From positions 186,001-250,000 of the forward strand of contig QPGO01000096.1 in assembly GCA_008632985.1 (NCBI GenBank): DNA of 64,000 nt, written 5' to 3'. This stretch comes from Psammoneis japonica (lineage: Eukaryota). Numbering within the stretch: the stretch's first letter is position 1; every line of letters starts with the position of its first letter. The translations under genes were made by a program, and so were the position numbers. The notes beneath the pieces are model-generated. The model worked only from the letters and a program-made list of their open reading frames with translations, had not been told where the DNA came from and ran no database searches. Below are positions 48,959 to 61,530 of the stretch, piece after piece.

Positions 48959-50313
48959 GGTTCAAATCTAACACACAATAATAACAACCCACACTCACAC
49001 TGTCAATATTCTTGTTTCTTTATAAGATCCAGAACAACAACAATACCCGGCCGTGCGAGTGTATGGATGATAATGCCGGCCACCTTGCAAGATCATGGGC
49101 GGTCACGAGTGCCTGAATTGTCACACATGAAAGATGGCGCATGAGTGCTTCAGCGGCGAAATTTATTTTTGAAATTCATCGAATGAAAAAGATATGGTTA
49201 TGAATAATAGGAAAAAAATCAATTAAAGATTTCAACGGAAGTAACGGAAATTGACACTCATAGATACGGGTGTGTAAGGCTGTGTACGCAGAACTCGACT
49301 TGGTATGACATTACGTAGAAAGTAACGGTAGATAATTCGTCGGACATTTTGGAATGGCGGCAAAAAAATCCAAAAAGCGCGGGAAGATGGCGAGGCGAGG
49401 CCGAGAGCCGAAGAGGAAACGAAACAAGCGTGAAACAAGAGGCATCATGGCAACAGAACATTCAGCTTCACAGGCGTGACCGGCAGCCTCGAGTTTGTTC
49501 TGGAGAGCAGACTTGTGAGGAAAAGGCCTTGTCGAGCAAGCGAAAGAGGAGTCATGAACAGTCGGCAGCTCTGCTGCATTTGGGTTGCGGTGGATCTGTC
49601 GACGTCAATTTCACTCTGCTGCAGCAAAGTCATACACAATCAATGCCAAATGCAGTGCAAACAGCAAATTGTCATTGCTGGGGGTTCGCGAACGCAAACA
49701 GTTGCGGCGCCACAACCGTGACAGGATGGACCGCACTTCCTTCATCCAAAAGCATCGTTCTCGAATGTCCCATTGAATGCATTGACGATGCGACGGGAGC
49801 ACGAGCACTGTGCGGATTTGACGAGAACGGCGACTGTCTCTGTCCACTTTGCTGCTGCGGGTGTGCTGCAGCGACAAAAGCAAGTCATGTTGTGCATTTG
49901 TGTGCTTTGTCACTCTCTCTTCTGCCACATTAATTGCCTTGCTCACTTGTTGTACGGTGAAGCCATTTGCTGCGCAACCTGCACAGGCGCAACGCATGCT
50001 TCGTCGCATGAACGCTGGCAATGGCGGTGATCCCAGTTTTGGGTGTCACGAGCAGCCTCTGGGGCCACCGGAAGCGCCACCCGCCCAGGCAACATCTTTG
50101 AGCAAGCCGACAAAACCCAGCTCCAGAGGCAACTGCTGCATGTTCCAGCTGAACTTCATCGTGGGACCCCACAAATGCGGAGGGACACGCAACCCGGAAA
50201 TGCAGCAATTTTGATTTTTTGCTCATGACGCGTGAGACAACAAAACAAACAAAGATGCCGTTGCGTTTGACACTCTCATTCTAGCCGCTGAAACACTCCT
50301 TCTGCAGTGTGTC

Positions 50314-51543
50314 ATGGCACCGACGTCTCTCAAGCGCAGCGCGAACAGTCAAAAGGCAGAGGCTCCAAAACGACGCCGTTCTGCTTCCAACAAGCCTGCT
50401 GATGGTTCGCACGCCGATGCTGTTGCTCAGGCAGGCATGCGACTTGGGAAGGAGCTTGCCGACGCCAACCAGGCGGAAACCATGGTTCAACTGAGACGCA
50501 GCAGCCGTGCGCGAAGAATGACTGATGCTGGGGCTCAATGCCAAATGGCAAACAGGCAGAGACGGGAGCGGAATCGACAAATGCATGATGAGGAGAATGC
50601 GACCGCCGAACAACCCCCCGCGAGTCGGAAGAAGAAGGGGCAGTCGAGCCTCCACCCACAGCGGAAGGAGAGACAGATGATGAAGTGGAGGCGGAAGAGG
50701 AAGAAGGTGCTCCTCCAGCTGAGGAGGAAGAAGCAACTTTGCCAGCAGCATCTGCGGAAGAGGAAGGAAAGGAAGAAGAAGGTGCTCCTCCAGCTGAGGA
50801 GGAAGAAGCGACGTCAGCAGCAGCTTCTGCGGAAGAGGAAGGAAAGGAAGAAGAAGGCGCCGCAACACGCAATCCCTTTGAGCATCCCGAAGACTGCGCA
50901 CCTAGAAATGAATCAAACATTGGTCGGCATGATGCGCAGGAGCTCAAAAGGAAGAAGAAAGGCACGAACAACATGACTGGAGCCAAGAAAAGATGAAACC
51001 CAACGGATCTTCCACGAAGTGCACGAGCTTCCTTCGACCATGACACGAGAACGAAATTTGGCCGTATGACAAAGAACGCACGCGGTGCGCTTAAGTGCTG
51101 CACACTCGATCCTGAAAGTGAATTGTTTGAAATCAGCCCAAAAGTCAGGGCAACTCTTGCGATCGAGACTGATGTGAAGCATTTCAAATCAAACAAAGAA
51201 GCAGAAAGTGGTTGTCTCACAGAACGAGAAAAAGTGGACAAACAAAAGGGAGAGGCCGTTGCCAATTCTCGCATCCAACAGCAGGGAGGATGTGAGGAGC
51301 ACCTTCACTGCAGTTGAGTCACACCTGAATGAAGCCAAGCAGTTGCACAAGGAAAAGAAAGAGGCCGGTGGGACAGCTCGGTTTTCTGACTTGCAGACTG
51401 CTGAAGTGCATGAGCTGCATGGCGTGGGCAATGAAGATGAGGCAGAGGAATTCATGAAAATGACAGTGGATCCGGGGAAAGAGGGTGAGTGGACTGGATC
51501 CAACACTGGTCCTCGTCAAGCACTTGAAAAGCTGATGAGGTGA
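50314..51543 (+). pseudogene. Second, convergent ORF of the transposon; acidic, with a duplicated EEEGAPPAEEEEAT segment
   Basis: Frames 50314.., 50685.., 51066.. and 51208.. appear to be pieces of one broken gene. There is a 78-bp tandem duplication at ~50690-50860. Confidence 0.5.
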
Positions 51544-51549
51544 CTGCAA

Positions 51550-54500
51550 TCAAACCTGGTGCAGTGTTGCAACAACACACAAGTCGCAACAACACATGAC
51601 ACAAATGTGCCTCTCCAACTGTTCTAGTCCAAGACAGTTGCGTGGATCGCTTCTTTCTTCGTGGGCTGGAGAGGCTGAAGATGGAAGAATCAATGCTACC
51701 CAGAGTTGAGGCTGACACTTGACTGAGCACTTGGTCCTGCGACTGAGACAAGTTCTCGTGCTGTGAGGCGGCAAAGTTGCGGGAATGATCCACAGCACAC
51801 TGCTGTCGGCCTCCAGACCTTGACTCTGTTGTCCCACTGTGGAACGGCATCCTCGTCTGCTTTTTCAGACGAGCCACATCAACCCCATCCGATGCATGTT
51901 CCTTGTCAAACAATTCTTCCTTTCTCTTTTTTCGAGCATCGTAAAAACCAGGAACCTTGTTGAGATGCTCTCGAGCCTTTGTCACCATGGTGAGATGCCA
52001 GTCTCGAGCAGCAGCAGTTTCCATGCCCTCAATGGCTGCATCTGCGGGGAAGGCCCATTCGAATTTCTGCTTCTGTCGCCATCCAGGATTCATTTGTTTT
52101 GTCCTGTCTCTTGACACCTTGCACTCTGCCGAGAGAAATTTTTCAGTGTGCGCACCTTTTATTTTCTTCATCTCTTTCTCGCTGTCCGACATGTGCTTTT
52201 TGACAAAATTGTCACGAGCATCTTCAAGCTCTTCGAGGGTCGCTCGAGGTGGCTTTGGAAGTGCCTTTCGATTGACGGGGTCAGGGTTGCTCTTGTTGAA
52301 GGGATTGGCTTTGTGACAATCAAGGGCAGCCTTTTCTCCCAGTTCAGCGAGGAAGCAGTTCACAGGATCAACTCGGTGCTTCCCTTTTGGCGTCCGCATC
52401 GCCTGAGGTTCCTCCTTTCCAAGAATTTCCGGTGGGCCGTCATGGCGCACTCCCAGGCAGTTCACATCCCACAACTGATGGACCATGGTGCAAAACGTGC
52501 GACCAAGATTTAGAGGCCTGTCACTCTTCGGAATGGAGTTCAACAAGTGTCGCTTCGAGAGACGCCCTGGTTCTTCCTTCAGATTCGTGTTGCAGTTCAC
52601 ATTTCTTGCGGCAACAATTTTTTTCACATTCATCTGCATTCTGACGATAGAAAGTAACTTCTCAAAGTTGGATGTACATTGCAGCAGCATGGTGTGTCAA
52701 CTTTGTTGACGCACCTGTCAATGCATTCCTCTTTCAGTTTCGAGTTTCCCAAGTCTTGCGTGCCGCACCCGATTGAGGCACCCTTCTGTTGGAATTCTTG
52801 GTGTCAATCGGTGCACACAATGGCTCCTTGTTCTGTCTTCTTGAACACCGCAAACTTCTTGAACATGGCTTTGTCTTTTTCAGACATGGTGCATTCTCGC
52901 TTTGCGACTTCCTTGGCGATCCTCATGCATCCAGTGGCATTTGTAATCGAAAAAATGAGCTGGTGGAGCATGTTGGCGGCAATGAACATGTCTCCGTCTC
53001 CATTGCCATCCCCTGCATCAGATTCAGCAACTTGGTGCATGATGCACATGAGGGCAGCATTGACATCATGCTCGTTTGTCGACTCTTCCGGGTGTGCCGC
53101 CATTCGCTTCCGGATGCAATCTTGGAGCTCAACGGGAGAGAACTGGATTTTGCCATCCCTGTCTAGCTTTGACCCATTCACCCTCATCCATGCCATGACA
53201 CCAACATGAACATGGGCGTTGAAATGCTCAAACAGCTCGTCGTTGTGTTGGTTTGGGTTTGGAGGATCGCACAGCCACATGACCTTTTTCAAAGTTGGGC
53301 GCCACGCCAATGCCAAGTCCTGAAGTTGGATCTTTCCGATGTTCCTCACACCTCTCCTTTTGGCGGACTTTTTACCTTGATGGAAACCTCCACAACAAAC
53401 CAGAAGCATGTCACACACACCGGGGTTTTCAGCCTGCATGGACAACATTTGTGCTCCTGGCTGTCCATCCACACAGAAACACAAGTGTCCCCCTGCCATT
53501 GACGGTGCGTCGGGATCGCCATCCTTCAAAGCATGCCAATCCTCGCCTGCGGTGTTCATCCAGTGTCGCACAGCACATTTTGCTCTCTCTTCCACTCCTT
53601 CCTTTTTTTTTGCTAGATTCTCTGGGACACACGCATCGGGGAAGGCATTGTTCAAATCGCACTTGTCCTTGCCCTGGACATGAAGGATCCTCGTGCACAG
53701 CTGAGGGGCATTGCAATCAATGAGACGATGCGTGCCACATTCTCCATGACCTAAATTCACATCATCAACAACGCATCGTTTCCCTGTCTCAATGATGGTC
53801 TTCATTGCCGGAAAGTCCCCAAACAAGTCCACAACATTTCGAACCAATTTACCTTTCAGATTGTGCATGATCGTGCAGTGAGAATCTTGGGGCAAGAGAT
53901 CTTCCAGTGTGAGTGTCCGTCTTGTTGTTTCCCATCTGTTTCGTTCATGAGAAAGTCCGGCCGTAAGCTCCTTTGCTTCTTCCTCCTTGTTCACTGTCAC
54001 CTGCTGGGTTGTGAAATGGCGCATGGCAGCGCACCCGTCTGCAACAAGCCTTTCGTCAAGATTGTCCAAACTGATCCCCAGCTGACCACCTTTCTGAACA
54101 TCGAGTTGGCGCACAAATTCATCATCTGCCTCAGCAATGTCCTTGCATCGAACGGAACTTCTTGAGAGGGAGAGACCCCAATTGTGGAAGTACAAACTCT
54201 TGGCGCTTGACGATGACTTGGAAAGGACCTCTGCTGAAGTCCTTTGGAAAGGCGTTGGTTCATCACTCGCAACATTTCTGATGAGCTCTGCGCAGACGAA
54301 TGCCTTGTTGCGAATTCTCTTTGTCACATCTGTCACTTTTCCATTGTCTTGCTCTCTTGAGCCTGTCATCAGGTGCTCCGTGAAAAGATTCAAGAGGCTC
54401 TTGTCATTGTTGGCAAACCCTTGTGGCTCGTCTACAGAGCCGTTCCAATGGAGAGCCAGATCTCGGCGTTCCACTTCAGGCTGCACCAAGAAAGCATGAA

Positions 54501-55045
54501 GTGCCAAAGCAAGCGAACAAAATCGGTCTTCACATCTGCAGAGAAACATCCCAACTCAGCTGCCCGCAAATTTGCAGAAAACGACCATCCGCGTGCACCA
54601 GCGGCAACTCCATGTCCCCCCCTGTCGCAACTGCAAAAACCACTTCGTTCTTTTGTTCACGCGAAGGAAGACACAAGAAATCATCAAGAGCTTCAAAGCC
54701 GTCAATGTCAAAATGTGAGCATGAAGACTCTCGCTGCATGACTCTGGTGCCAGACTCTCTGCTTCACGGCGTAACTGCTCTTGACCCGTCGGATTCTCTG
54801 GGAGCATTTTCTCAAGCTAGCGTGTCTCGGTAAGTGACGCACTTGTGGCAGTCAGCACGGCCATCACAGCTGGGACAAATGGGCCCTTCACAAAGTCGCT
54901 GTGCGTGCATTTCTCCAAAGCAGTGCGGGCACAAATGGCACCCACACGGACGCATGGTGAAGTGCGTCTTGCTTTTCAGTGCTTCTTGACACGCCGCATT
55001 TCCACAGCTTTCTGGGGAGGCAGCCTTCCTTTTTGATGACATGAC
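51550..55045 (-). pseudogene. Academ-like DDE transposase with N-terminal RING-like Zn finger, degraded
   Basis: N-terminal CGNAAC...PCGCHLCPHC...CPSC. Core ISLDNLD...HFTT...CVDGQP...GGFHQ...TD*HQEF resembles the DN..H.T..D.P..GGFH..D...E pattern of Academ transposases. The family call is from memory of motifs. Confidence 0.55.
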
Positions 55046-55589
55046 AATCTTCCACAGCACTGAACAGTCTTCTCACAGAGTGTGACAAGTGATTGGAGTG
55101 GAGGATTGAGCTGCACAACGACTGTGCACTCTCTGTCGGACGCAACAGCGTTTGTGGTCATGCATCTTTCATCGAGAAAAAATCAAAAAATCAAAATTGC
55201 TGCATTTCCGGGTTGCGTGTCCCTCCGCATTTGTGGGGTCCCACGATGAAACTAGATGAAGGACACAGCGTTCCTGGCATCAACACCCAAGCGCTCTTGG
55301 ACGGCACACTTCCGAAGACGCGGCTTCACGCATGTCCAATGACTTTCACGGGGATTCGGCGCATCAAGAGTTCATTGAACAAACTAGGCAGTTCTTAGGT
55401 ATGCCGATCTAAATTGCAACTCTTCAAAATCGCTCGGCACGTCGAAACAGAACCATGGTAAACACAACAAAATGCGCCTTCGCCACGAGTTGCTGAAATG
55501 TTGGACTTAGTGATTTCTCAGCGGGGTTATTGAATGTAGAAGATCTGCAAGGGGGTGGATCTTCATAAAAAGAAAACAGACACTCTAAA

Positions 55590-55799
55590 ATCAACAATGC
55601 CACTGTATGATCCGATTGTGTTGATTCTAGAGTGGCATTTAATCCAGAGTGGGGCTGAACAAACAACCTAGAGCAGTGTCTAATATAGAGCAGCATTGAA
55701 CAAACAACCTAGAGCAGCATGGAATCTAGAGCAACATGGTCTACAATCGAATCTAAAATTAGTTGCAAGCGAGTCACTCCCTCCGAGTCACTCCCTCCG
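55590..55799. repeat. Dispersed repeat, TpA-retaining copy, inverted relative to 15782-16062
   Basis: tgaacaaacaacctagagcag occurs twice, followed by aatctaaaa..ttgcaagcgagtcactccctccgagtcactccctccg. Confidence 0.75.
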
Positions 55800-56733
55800 C
55801 CGACAGAGAGAAGTTGGTGTTTACCCTCCTGCGCGCCATGTGTTCAATCTCTTCATTCATCACATCCAACTCTGCCTTCTATTGTATCTATCACGCAACA
55901 TTTCGCTAATTGGACTGCGTTGCGCGGTTCAAGATCCCACTCAGGAGAGAGACGAGTTGTGAGCTCAATTTCTCTCGAGCGCGAGCCATTTGTGGCCCTC
56001 TCATCACCTCGAACATCCACACTTTAGCACCAATTATTCAATGTACGAACGACTTTCACCAGCTTCGGTTGATGAAAGATAAATTAAGCTGCAATGCTGC
56101 TGAACAAAAGCAAACACTACGCGACATGCCACCTGGGATGTCAAAATGGCTCAGACAAAGAACAAAAAAATGTGAGTGAAAGCACCAATGGAAACAATGC
56201 AAGCAACAAAGCTCTCTTTCATGACCATTAAGAGCTCACTGAAACACGGGAGAGGGGTGAAAAGTGCCAGAATCAATGATAATGGGCACCGCCATTGTCG
56301 GATACATTCCATCCCGTGCTTCACCGCGTGTAGTCATGGTCTACCGTGTTGTGATGTGGGGAGTGGGGAGGTTTGCCCTTCACAGTACTGAGTGAGAGTC
56401 GGACAGCAGCAAGACGTAGCGCTGTAAATTTCTACGAGGCTCTGGTACAAACGAGAAACGAGCAATTTGTAGTATCAGAAGAGTGTAGTTTGTGTGTTCG
56501 AAATACGTATCCGATCGTGTATAATAGTATTAATAATTTTCGTCAAACTGAGAGCAATCGTGGCCAAAGAGCATCGTTTAGACACAGGAACATAACTATA
56601 TACATGGAGATATGTTTTTAAAAATAGAACGGACGTCAAACCAACTTGCATTCTCATGCTTGATCCACACTGATTGAACAGAACTCGTCTCACTTTCTCT
56701 GTGGTTGTGATCGATAGAGCAAGTATTGTCACC

Positions 56734-57603
56734 ATGACTGCTTACCTTCTCCTCGCTATGCTCAAGATCGCCATTATGGCTGTTCCTGTTGCTTCTCTTG
56801 GCATGGAAATCCCTCTCGCTTTGTTCTGCGTCTTCGTTTTGACGAAGAGCTTGGCCGTCCTTGTTTTCTTGATTTTCCGACGCGTCGTTACGAAAATCTC
56901 AAAAGTAAAAGCGTTCTTCATGAAGGGTCTATCCATTCTCCTTCCCATCCTTTCTACCGTATATGCTGTGGTCCGAGTTTGGTTTTTGAAAAAGACTCGT
57001 GCGACCGTTCGCCTTCCCTTCCTTTCTACCATTTATGCTGTCATTCGAGGTTGGTTTTTGAAAGAGACTCGTGCGACCAATCTCCAACGCGAACGCAAAA
57101 TCGATGTAATGAATCGCCACCTCAAGCTTCAGGAGGAACTACTACAGTATGGCAGCACTCCCCTTCAAGGATTGGCGAATCGTCTCAAGCTCAAACGAAA
57201 AACTCAAAAAACGTTGGATCTCTTTTTGGCAAATGTTGTCCAAGACTCGAAAAAACGCCAACCCCACTTTTATCTTTCGTACGGCGAACGAAAACTCAAG
57301 GCTTTAAAACGCGAGAGATCCATTGGTTTGACGCACGGTTACTACAAGCATCTAGAAGAAATGTATGGAAAGTGGACGCTTCAAAAAGCTGCAAGCCATC
57401 AAAAGCACAAGGGTGCCATTCGCGAGACGTTGAGCAAGTTTCTCGAACGTGCTGACGATGGGCGCCCTCATGGACTCAAGGAAGTCGCGTCGAAAAAGAT
57501 TCAGAATGCATTTCGAAACCACGTTCAGGCAAAGAAAGCCGCCAAGGAAATGGAAACTAAAATGCTTGAGCTCATGCACAAGATGCAGGCCTTGAAACTG
57601 TAA
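56734..57603 (+). CDS. Unknown protein with a hydrophobic N-terminus, a duplicated 24-aa segment and a basic helical C-terminus
   Basis: Open frame in normal-composition DNA. LPILSTVYAVVRVWFLKKTRAT is followed by LPFLSTIYAVIRGWFLKETRAT. Confidence 0.6.
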   Translation: MTAYLLLAMLKIAIMAVPVASLGMEIPLALFCVFVLTKSLAVLVFLIFRRVVTKISKVKAFFMKGLSILLPILSTVYAVVRVWFLKKTRATVRLPFLSTIYAVIRGWFLKETRATNLQRERKIDVMNRHLKLQEELLQYGSTPLQGLANRLKLKRKTQKTLDLFLANVVQDSKKRQPHFYLSYGERKLKALKRERSIGLTHGYYKHLEEMYGKWTLQKAASHQKHKGAIRETLSKFLERADDGRPHGLKEVASKKIQNAFRNHVQAKKAAKEMETKMLELMHKMQALKL

Positions 57604-59167
57604 AGATAAAGGTGATGAACGTACGATCACTGGGTATCTTCTGGTACCCGACTCATTATGGTGGTGCTACTTCTATCTGAGAGTAAGCAAAAGCCGTCGA
57701 GTTGCTGATTTAACACGTTGACACCGAAGATTTGCAGGGAAGAGGGGGCGAATTCAATGTCCAGAATTAGACTTTGTAACGTTAGAATTATATATCATGA
57801 CAAACGATAGTTCCATTTAGAAGTATTTATCTAGTCACAATCGTCCAGATTAGCTTGTCAGAATTATTGGTTCGCTGTAGTCTATTATTATTCATTTTCC
57901 ACCTGAAACACGGAAGATCAATTGCTACTCCATTGTACATTCTCCGATCGCAACAACAAATGCCTGTGGCGCAGTATTCTTGGACTACTCCGTCTTGGAT
58001 GCTAGAGAGAAGAGCACACAGAAATCGAATTGCTCAAGAAGTTATTGAAAACGAATAGGCTTTGATTCGTCAAGAAGGAGACGAAGTGAAGGATGTCTTG
58101 CGCTTTTGTGTTTGCGGCTGACTCGTAGATTGCAAGCAAAGATCGCAGGGTAGCCCGAGAGCGAGGAACATCAATTTCTGAGTGCAATTTCTGAGCATAG
58201 AATCACTTCCTTATTCCCTGACGAGAGCTTGAGATAGTCATTAGTCATGTTGGATTCGGTCTTGAACGTCTCACCCGTAGGGCCCTACCGGTAGCAACAA
58301 CAACCCCGTGCCCCGTGAACTTGACAGCATCGCGAGCATCGACTAAATCATCATCAACTGCAGCAGATCGAATTACTTGAGTCGTGCTGCTATCTTTCCG
58401 AGGACGTCAAGAACTCCCTTTGTCGAATGATGTTACCGCAAAGACAAATCTTTTTTTGTCGGGTTAGCATCACACATACCGGTAGCACGTAGCACCATAG
58501 CATTGGATGTCGCAATGAAAATTTCACTCAGTTTCTGCAAATAGTGCGGTCAACAAGGCATACAAAATCTTTTTCGATTGGGTTAGACCTGTCAGAAAAG
58601 ATTGAAAACGCTCAAGTATGAAGCAAACTTTCGCAAATACCATACCTTAGCTCTGCTCTTGCTAGCTCTCTAACTCCCCTCTCTAGCTACCGGTAGAGAT
58701 AGACTGGAGGCGCGGCAAAGGCAAACCAAAAAATGGGCCATGAAACACCATAATATATATTTATTCAGATATATCTTTTTATGATCGGGTTCTCGACGAG
58801 AACTCCGCCAAAATCGTGACGACACACAAACACCGCTATCAAGCGTTGAATAGGGCCAAAGCAAAAGCGACACAACAGCGCCTCCATTGGCCCTTAGTTC
58901 TTGTTATTGATAAGAGAGGACAGGAAAGGTCGTCTTTTGACGCAAAGGTATGCGTAATGTGCTTTTCCATGCTTTTGTCATCCGTCGAGACATGTTCTGA
59001 GTGAAAATATCATGACTGTGTTTTTATTCAATTTGTATTCAAAATGAACAGTCGAATACGTATTTATGCGTTTGACCTTATTTGAGAGTGCGGGTCACTG
59101 AAAAATTCTCACGCGTGACACGCACTTGTGTTCTTACACTCTTTCACAGAACAATTAGAGATTCACC

Positions 59168-61117
59168 ATGTGGTCGGCACTCAAGACGGACTTGAAGGAG
59201 TTTGTGTCTACTGTTACAGACGAGAGTAGCAACGTGCTGGATGCTATTGATTCCAAGTTACAGGAGAACGAGGGAGCTGCAGCGACGGATGAGGGACTGA
59301 AAACAGGAGAGGTGGTTGTTTCAGAAGACGGCAATGTGATCAATACTGAAGACTTGGCTGCTACTGGTATCTTGGCGAATGCTCGTGACGAAGCTGCGAG
59401 ACGTCAATTGGAAGAAGAAACTTATCTAGAACCGTTAATTGTAGAAGCAGAAGAGTCAGAAGAACAGAGTCGTCAAGGCGAAGAGTCAGAAGAACAGAGT
59501 CAAGGCGAAGAGAACGGAAATGCCGAGGAAGAATCAGGCGAGGCTGAAAAGCAAGAAGGCACCGAAGAGACAGCTGCAGAAGAATCAGGAGAAGTAGATG
59601 AGGAAGATGAGTTCAAAGAAGAACGCGAGTTTCTAGCGAGTTTTGATTTGGATTCCAAGACTGAGGAGATTGCAAAGTTGCTTGAGGATAATCCCGACAC
59701 TCTCAAGCCCCTATTTGAAGAATTGGTCCCAACTCAAGTATCCTACGAGGAGTTTTGGCAACGCCATTTCTACCGCTGTGATGAAGAACGTATTGTTCGT
59801 GAATGGAAACAAGAGCAGCAGGAAGCACGTGAGGCGCGAGCCAAGGCGCTGCAAGGAGGTATTGCAAGTGTCAAGAATCTCTTTGGAGCCGCTGCTGAAG
59901 CTGTATCCAACAAGTTTGAAGCAAAGGGGAGCACGGACGAAGGGGCAGCCTCTTCATTTGAGTATGGTGCATCGCAGTCTCAGCCCAGTGAAGGTGGATT
60001 CGGAGCCGCTATTTTTGGTGAAGGGGTACGTCCTCCGTTTGTTATGAATACCGCTGTTAGCGAAGATGATGACGAGGAAGAGGAGGAAGAAGAGGAGCTT
60101 GGTTGGGATGATGAAGACGATTATGAAGAGGACGAAGAAGCAAGCTTTGTGGAAGGCGATACGGAAGAGCAGATTGAGTTCTCAGAAAGCCTTCAAGAGG
60201 AAGTGACCAAGCTACGAGAAGAGCTTGCACAGGCCGTCGAGGAAAGGGATCAGCTGCATCAAACGGTAGAGATGCAGTCCAAGGCGATAGCGGAGATGAA
60301 AGAGAATACTGGGGAAGGTACTCCTCCTCCCAACGATACGGAAATAGAAAAGCTGAAAATTGCACTGTTTGAGAAGGATTCAGAGCTGGCGGCTCTCAAG
60401 GCCAGCCTTGATGATACGCACGAGGATAACTCTAAGGAATCCGGAAAGAAGGATGCTGCCAAAGTGGCATCGTTGGAGCGTGAGGTACAACGGTTGACCG
60501 AAGAGTTATCTAATAGCTCTAGCAAAGTGGACCAGTTGGAATCGGAGACGAAACAGGCGAAGGCTGAAGTGGAGCAACTGCGCTCTGAGTCACAAGCAGA
60601 CAAGGCCGCCCTCGAAGAAATGCGGAACGCATCCCAGTCTGACAACGCAGCACTGGAAGAAGCCTTATCCGCAAAGGCAGAGCTAAAAAGCCAAGTAGCC
60701 TCTCTTGAAAAAGCCCTTGCCAGGGCTGAGACAGAACGCTCCAGCTCGGAGTCCGCCATGGGCGAGACGGCCTCGCAGCTGTCTGCTGCCCAGAAGGAAG
60801 CCGCTTCCGCCAGAGGAAATGCCGAAACGCTCAAAGCCAAGATAACGGAAGTGGAGGGTAATTTGGAGACGGCAACTCGCCGTGCAGACCAGTTGGAACA
60901 AGAGTTGGCGGCCGTGCGACAAGAACTGGAACAGAAACAATCCGAGGTTGCGGCTCTTTCATCTATGCGTGAAAAGTCCGTCCCTTCACCGGTGAGCACT
61001 GCCTCGAGTGGTGTCAAAGTCCCGGCATCTACCCCTGCCATACTCCCGGACGCAACCAACGAGGACGAAGATGACGACAACGATGGTTGGGGCGACGACT
61101 GGAGTGATGAAGATTAG
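59168..61117 (+). CDS. BSD-domain protein with a long coiled coil
   Basis: LFEELVPTQVSYEEFWQRHFYR is a BSD signature. 649-aa open frame with acidic tracts and heptad repeats. Confidence 0.85.
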   Translation: MWSALKTDLKEFVSTVTDESSNVLDAIDSKLQENEGAAATDEGLKTGEVVVSEDGNVINTEDLAATGILANARDEAARRQLEEETYLEPLIVEAEESEEQSRQGEESEEQSQGEENGNAEEESGEAEKQEGTEETAAEESGEVDEEDEFKEEREFLASFDLDSKTEEIAKLLEDNPDTLKPLFEELVPTQVSYEEFWQRHFYRCDEERIVREWKQEQQEAREARAKALQGGIASVKNLFGAAAEAVSNKFEAKGSTDEGAASSFEYGASQSQPSEGGFGAAIFGEGVRPPFVMNTAVSEDDDEEEEEEEELGWDDEDDYEEDEEASFVEGDTEEQIEFSESLQEEVTKLREELAQAVEERDQLHQTVEMQSKAIAEMKENTGEGTPPPNDTEIEKLKIALFEKDSELAALKASLDDTHEDNSKESGKKDAAKVASLEREVQRLTEELSNSSSKVDQLESETKQAKAEVEQLRSESQADKAALEEMRNASQSDNAALEEALSAKAELKSQVASLEKALARAETERSSSESAMGETASQLSAAQKEAASARGNAETLKAKITEVEGNLETATRRADQLEQELAAVRQELEQKQSEVAALSSMREKSVPSPVSTASSGVKVPASTPAILPDATNEDEDDDNDGWGDDWSDED

Positions 61118-61530
61118 ATTTTTGTGGTCTAGATGACTACCGTAGTGACAGTAGCACCTGTTTGTAAAGTAGTTTGTAGCTATCGTTTCATACAACATCA
61201 TTGGCAATAACAACGCTCGGTATGAATAAGGTGATGCTATACTTGTCATAAAGAAGCGCATATTGTTCAAACATGGCAGGATCCAGCGGGTTTTCAGGTG
61301 ACGACTCTGACGATTGGGTCCCGTCGTGCCTACTCGTATGATGAATCATGGCGCTACTAACACTCGTCACGAACAACTATTGGAAATTGCAGAGGTAGAT
61401 CCGGAACATGTAGTAGTCACTTTTTCTAGAGAGAAGCTAGTGAGTTTGTAGAGCTGCACAACCACGTCTTCCGTTTTCGATTTCTTATTATTTACGTCCG
61501 TCTATCAGCAATCTTCTGTACAGAGCAAAG

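Larger units (their letters stand above)
50156..55249 (-). mobile_element. 5.1-kb DNA transposon with perfect 66-bp TIRs and 4-bp TSD AACT; Academ-like
   Basis: 50156-50221 (TCATCGTGGGACCCCACAAATGCGG...TTGATTTTTTG) is the exact reverse complement of 55184-55249. AACT lies at 50152-50155 and 55250-55253. Confidence 0.9.

Noticed and set aside
60259..61080. 273-aa minus-strand ORF (and similar antisense ORFs such as 50330..51274)
   Set aside because: These are antisense shadows of coiled-coil or acidic plus-strand coding sequence.
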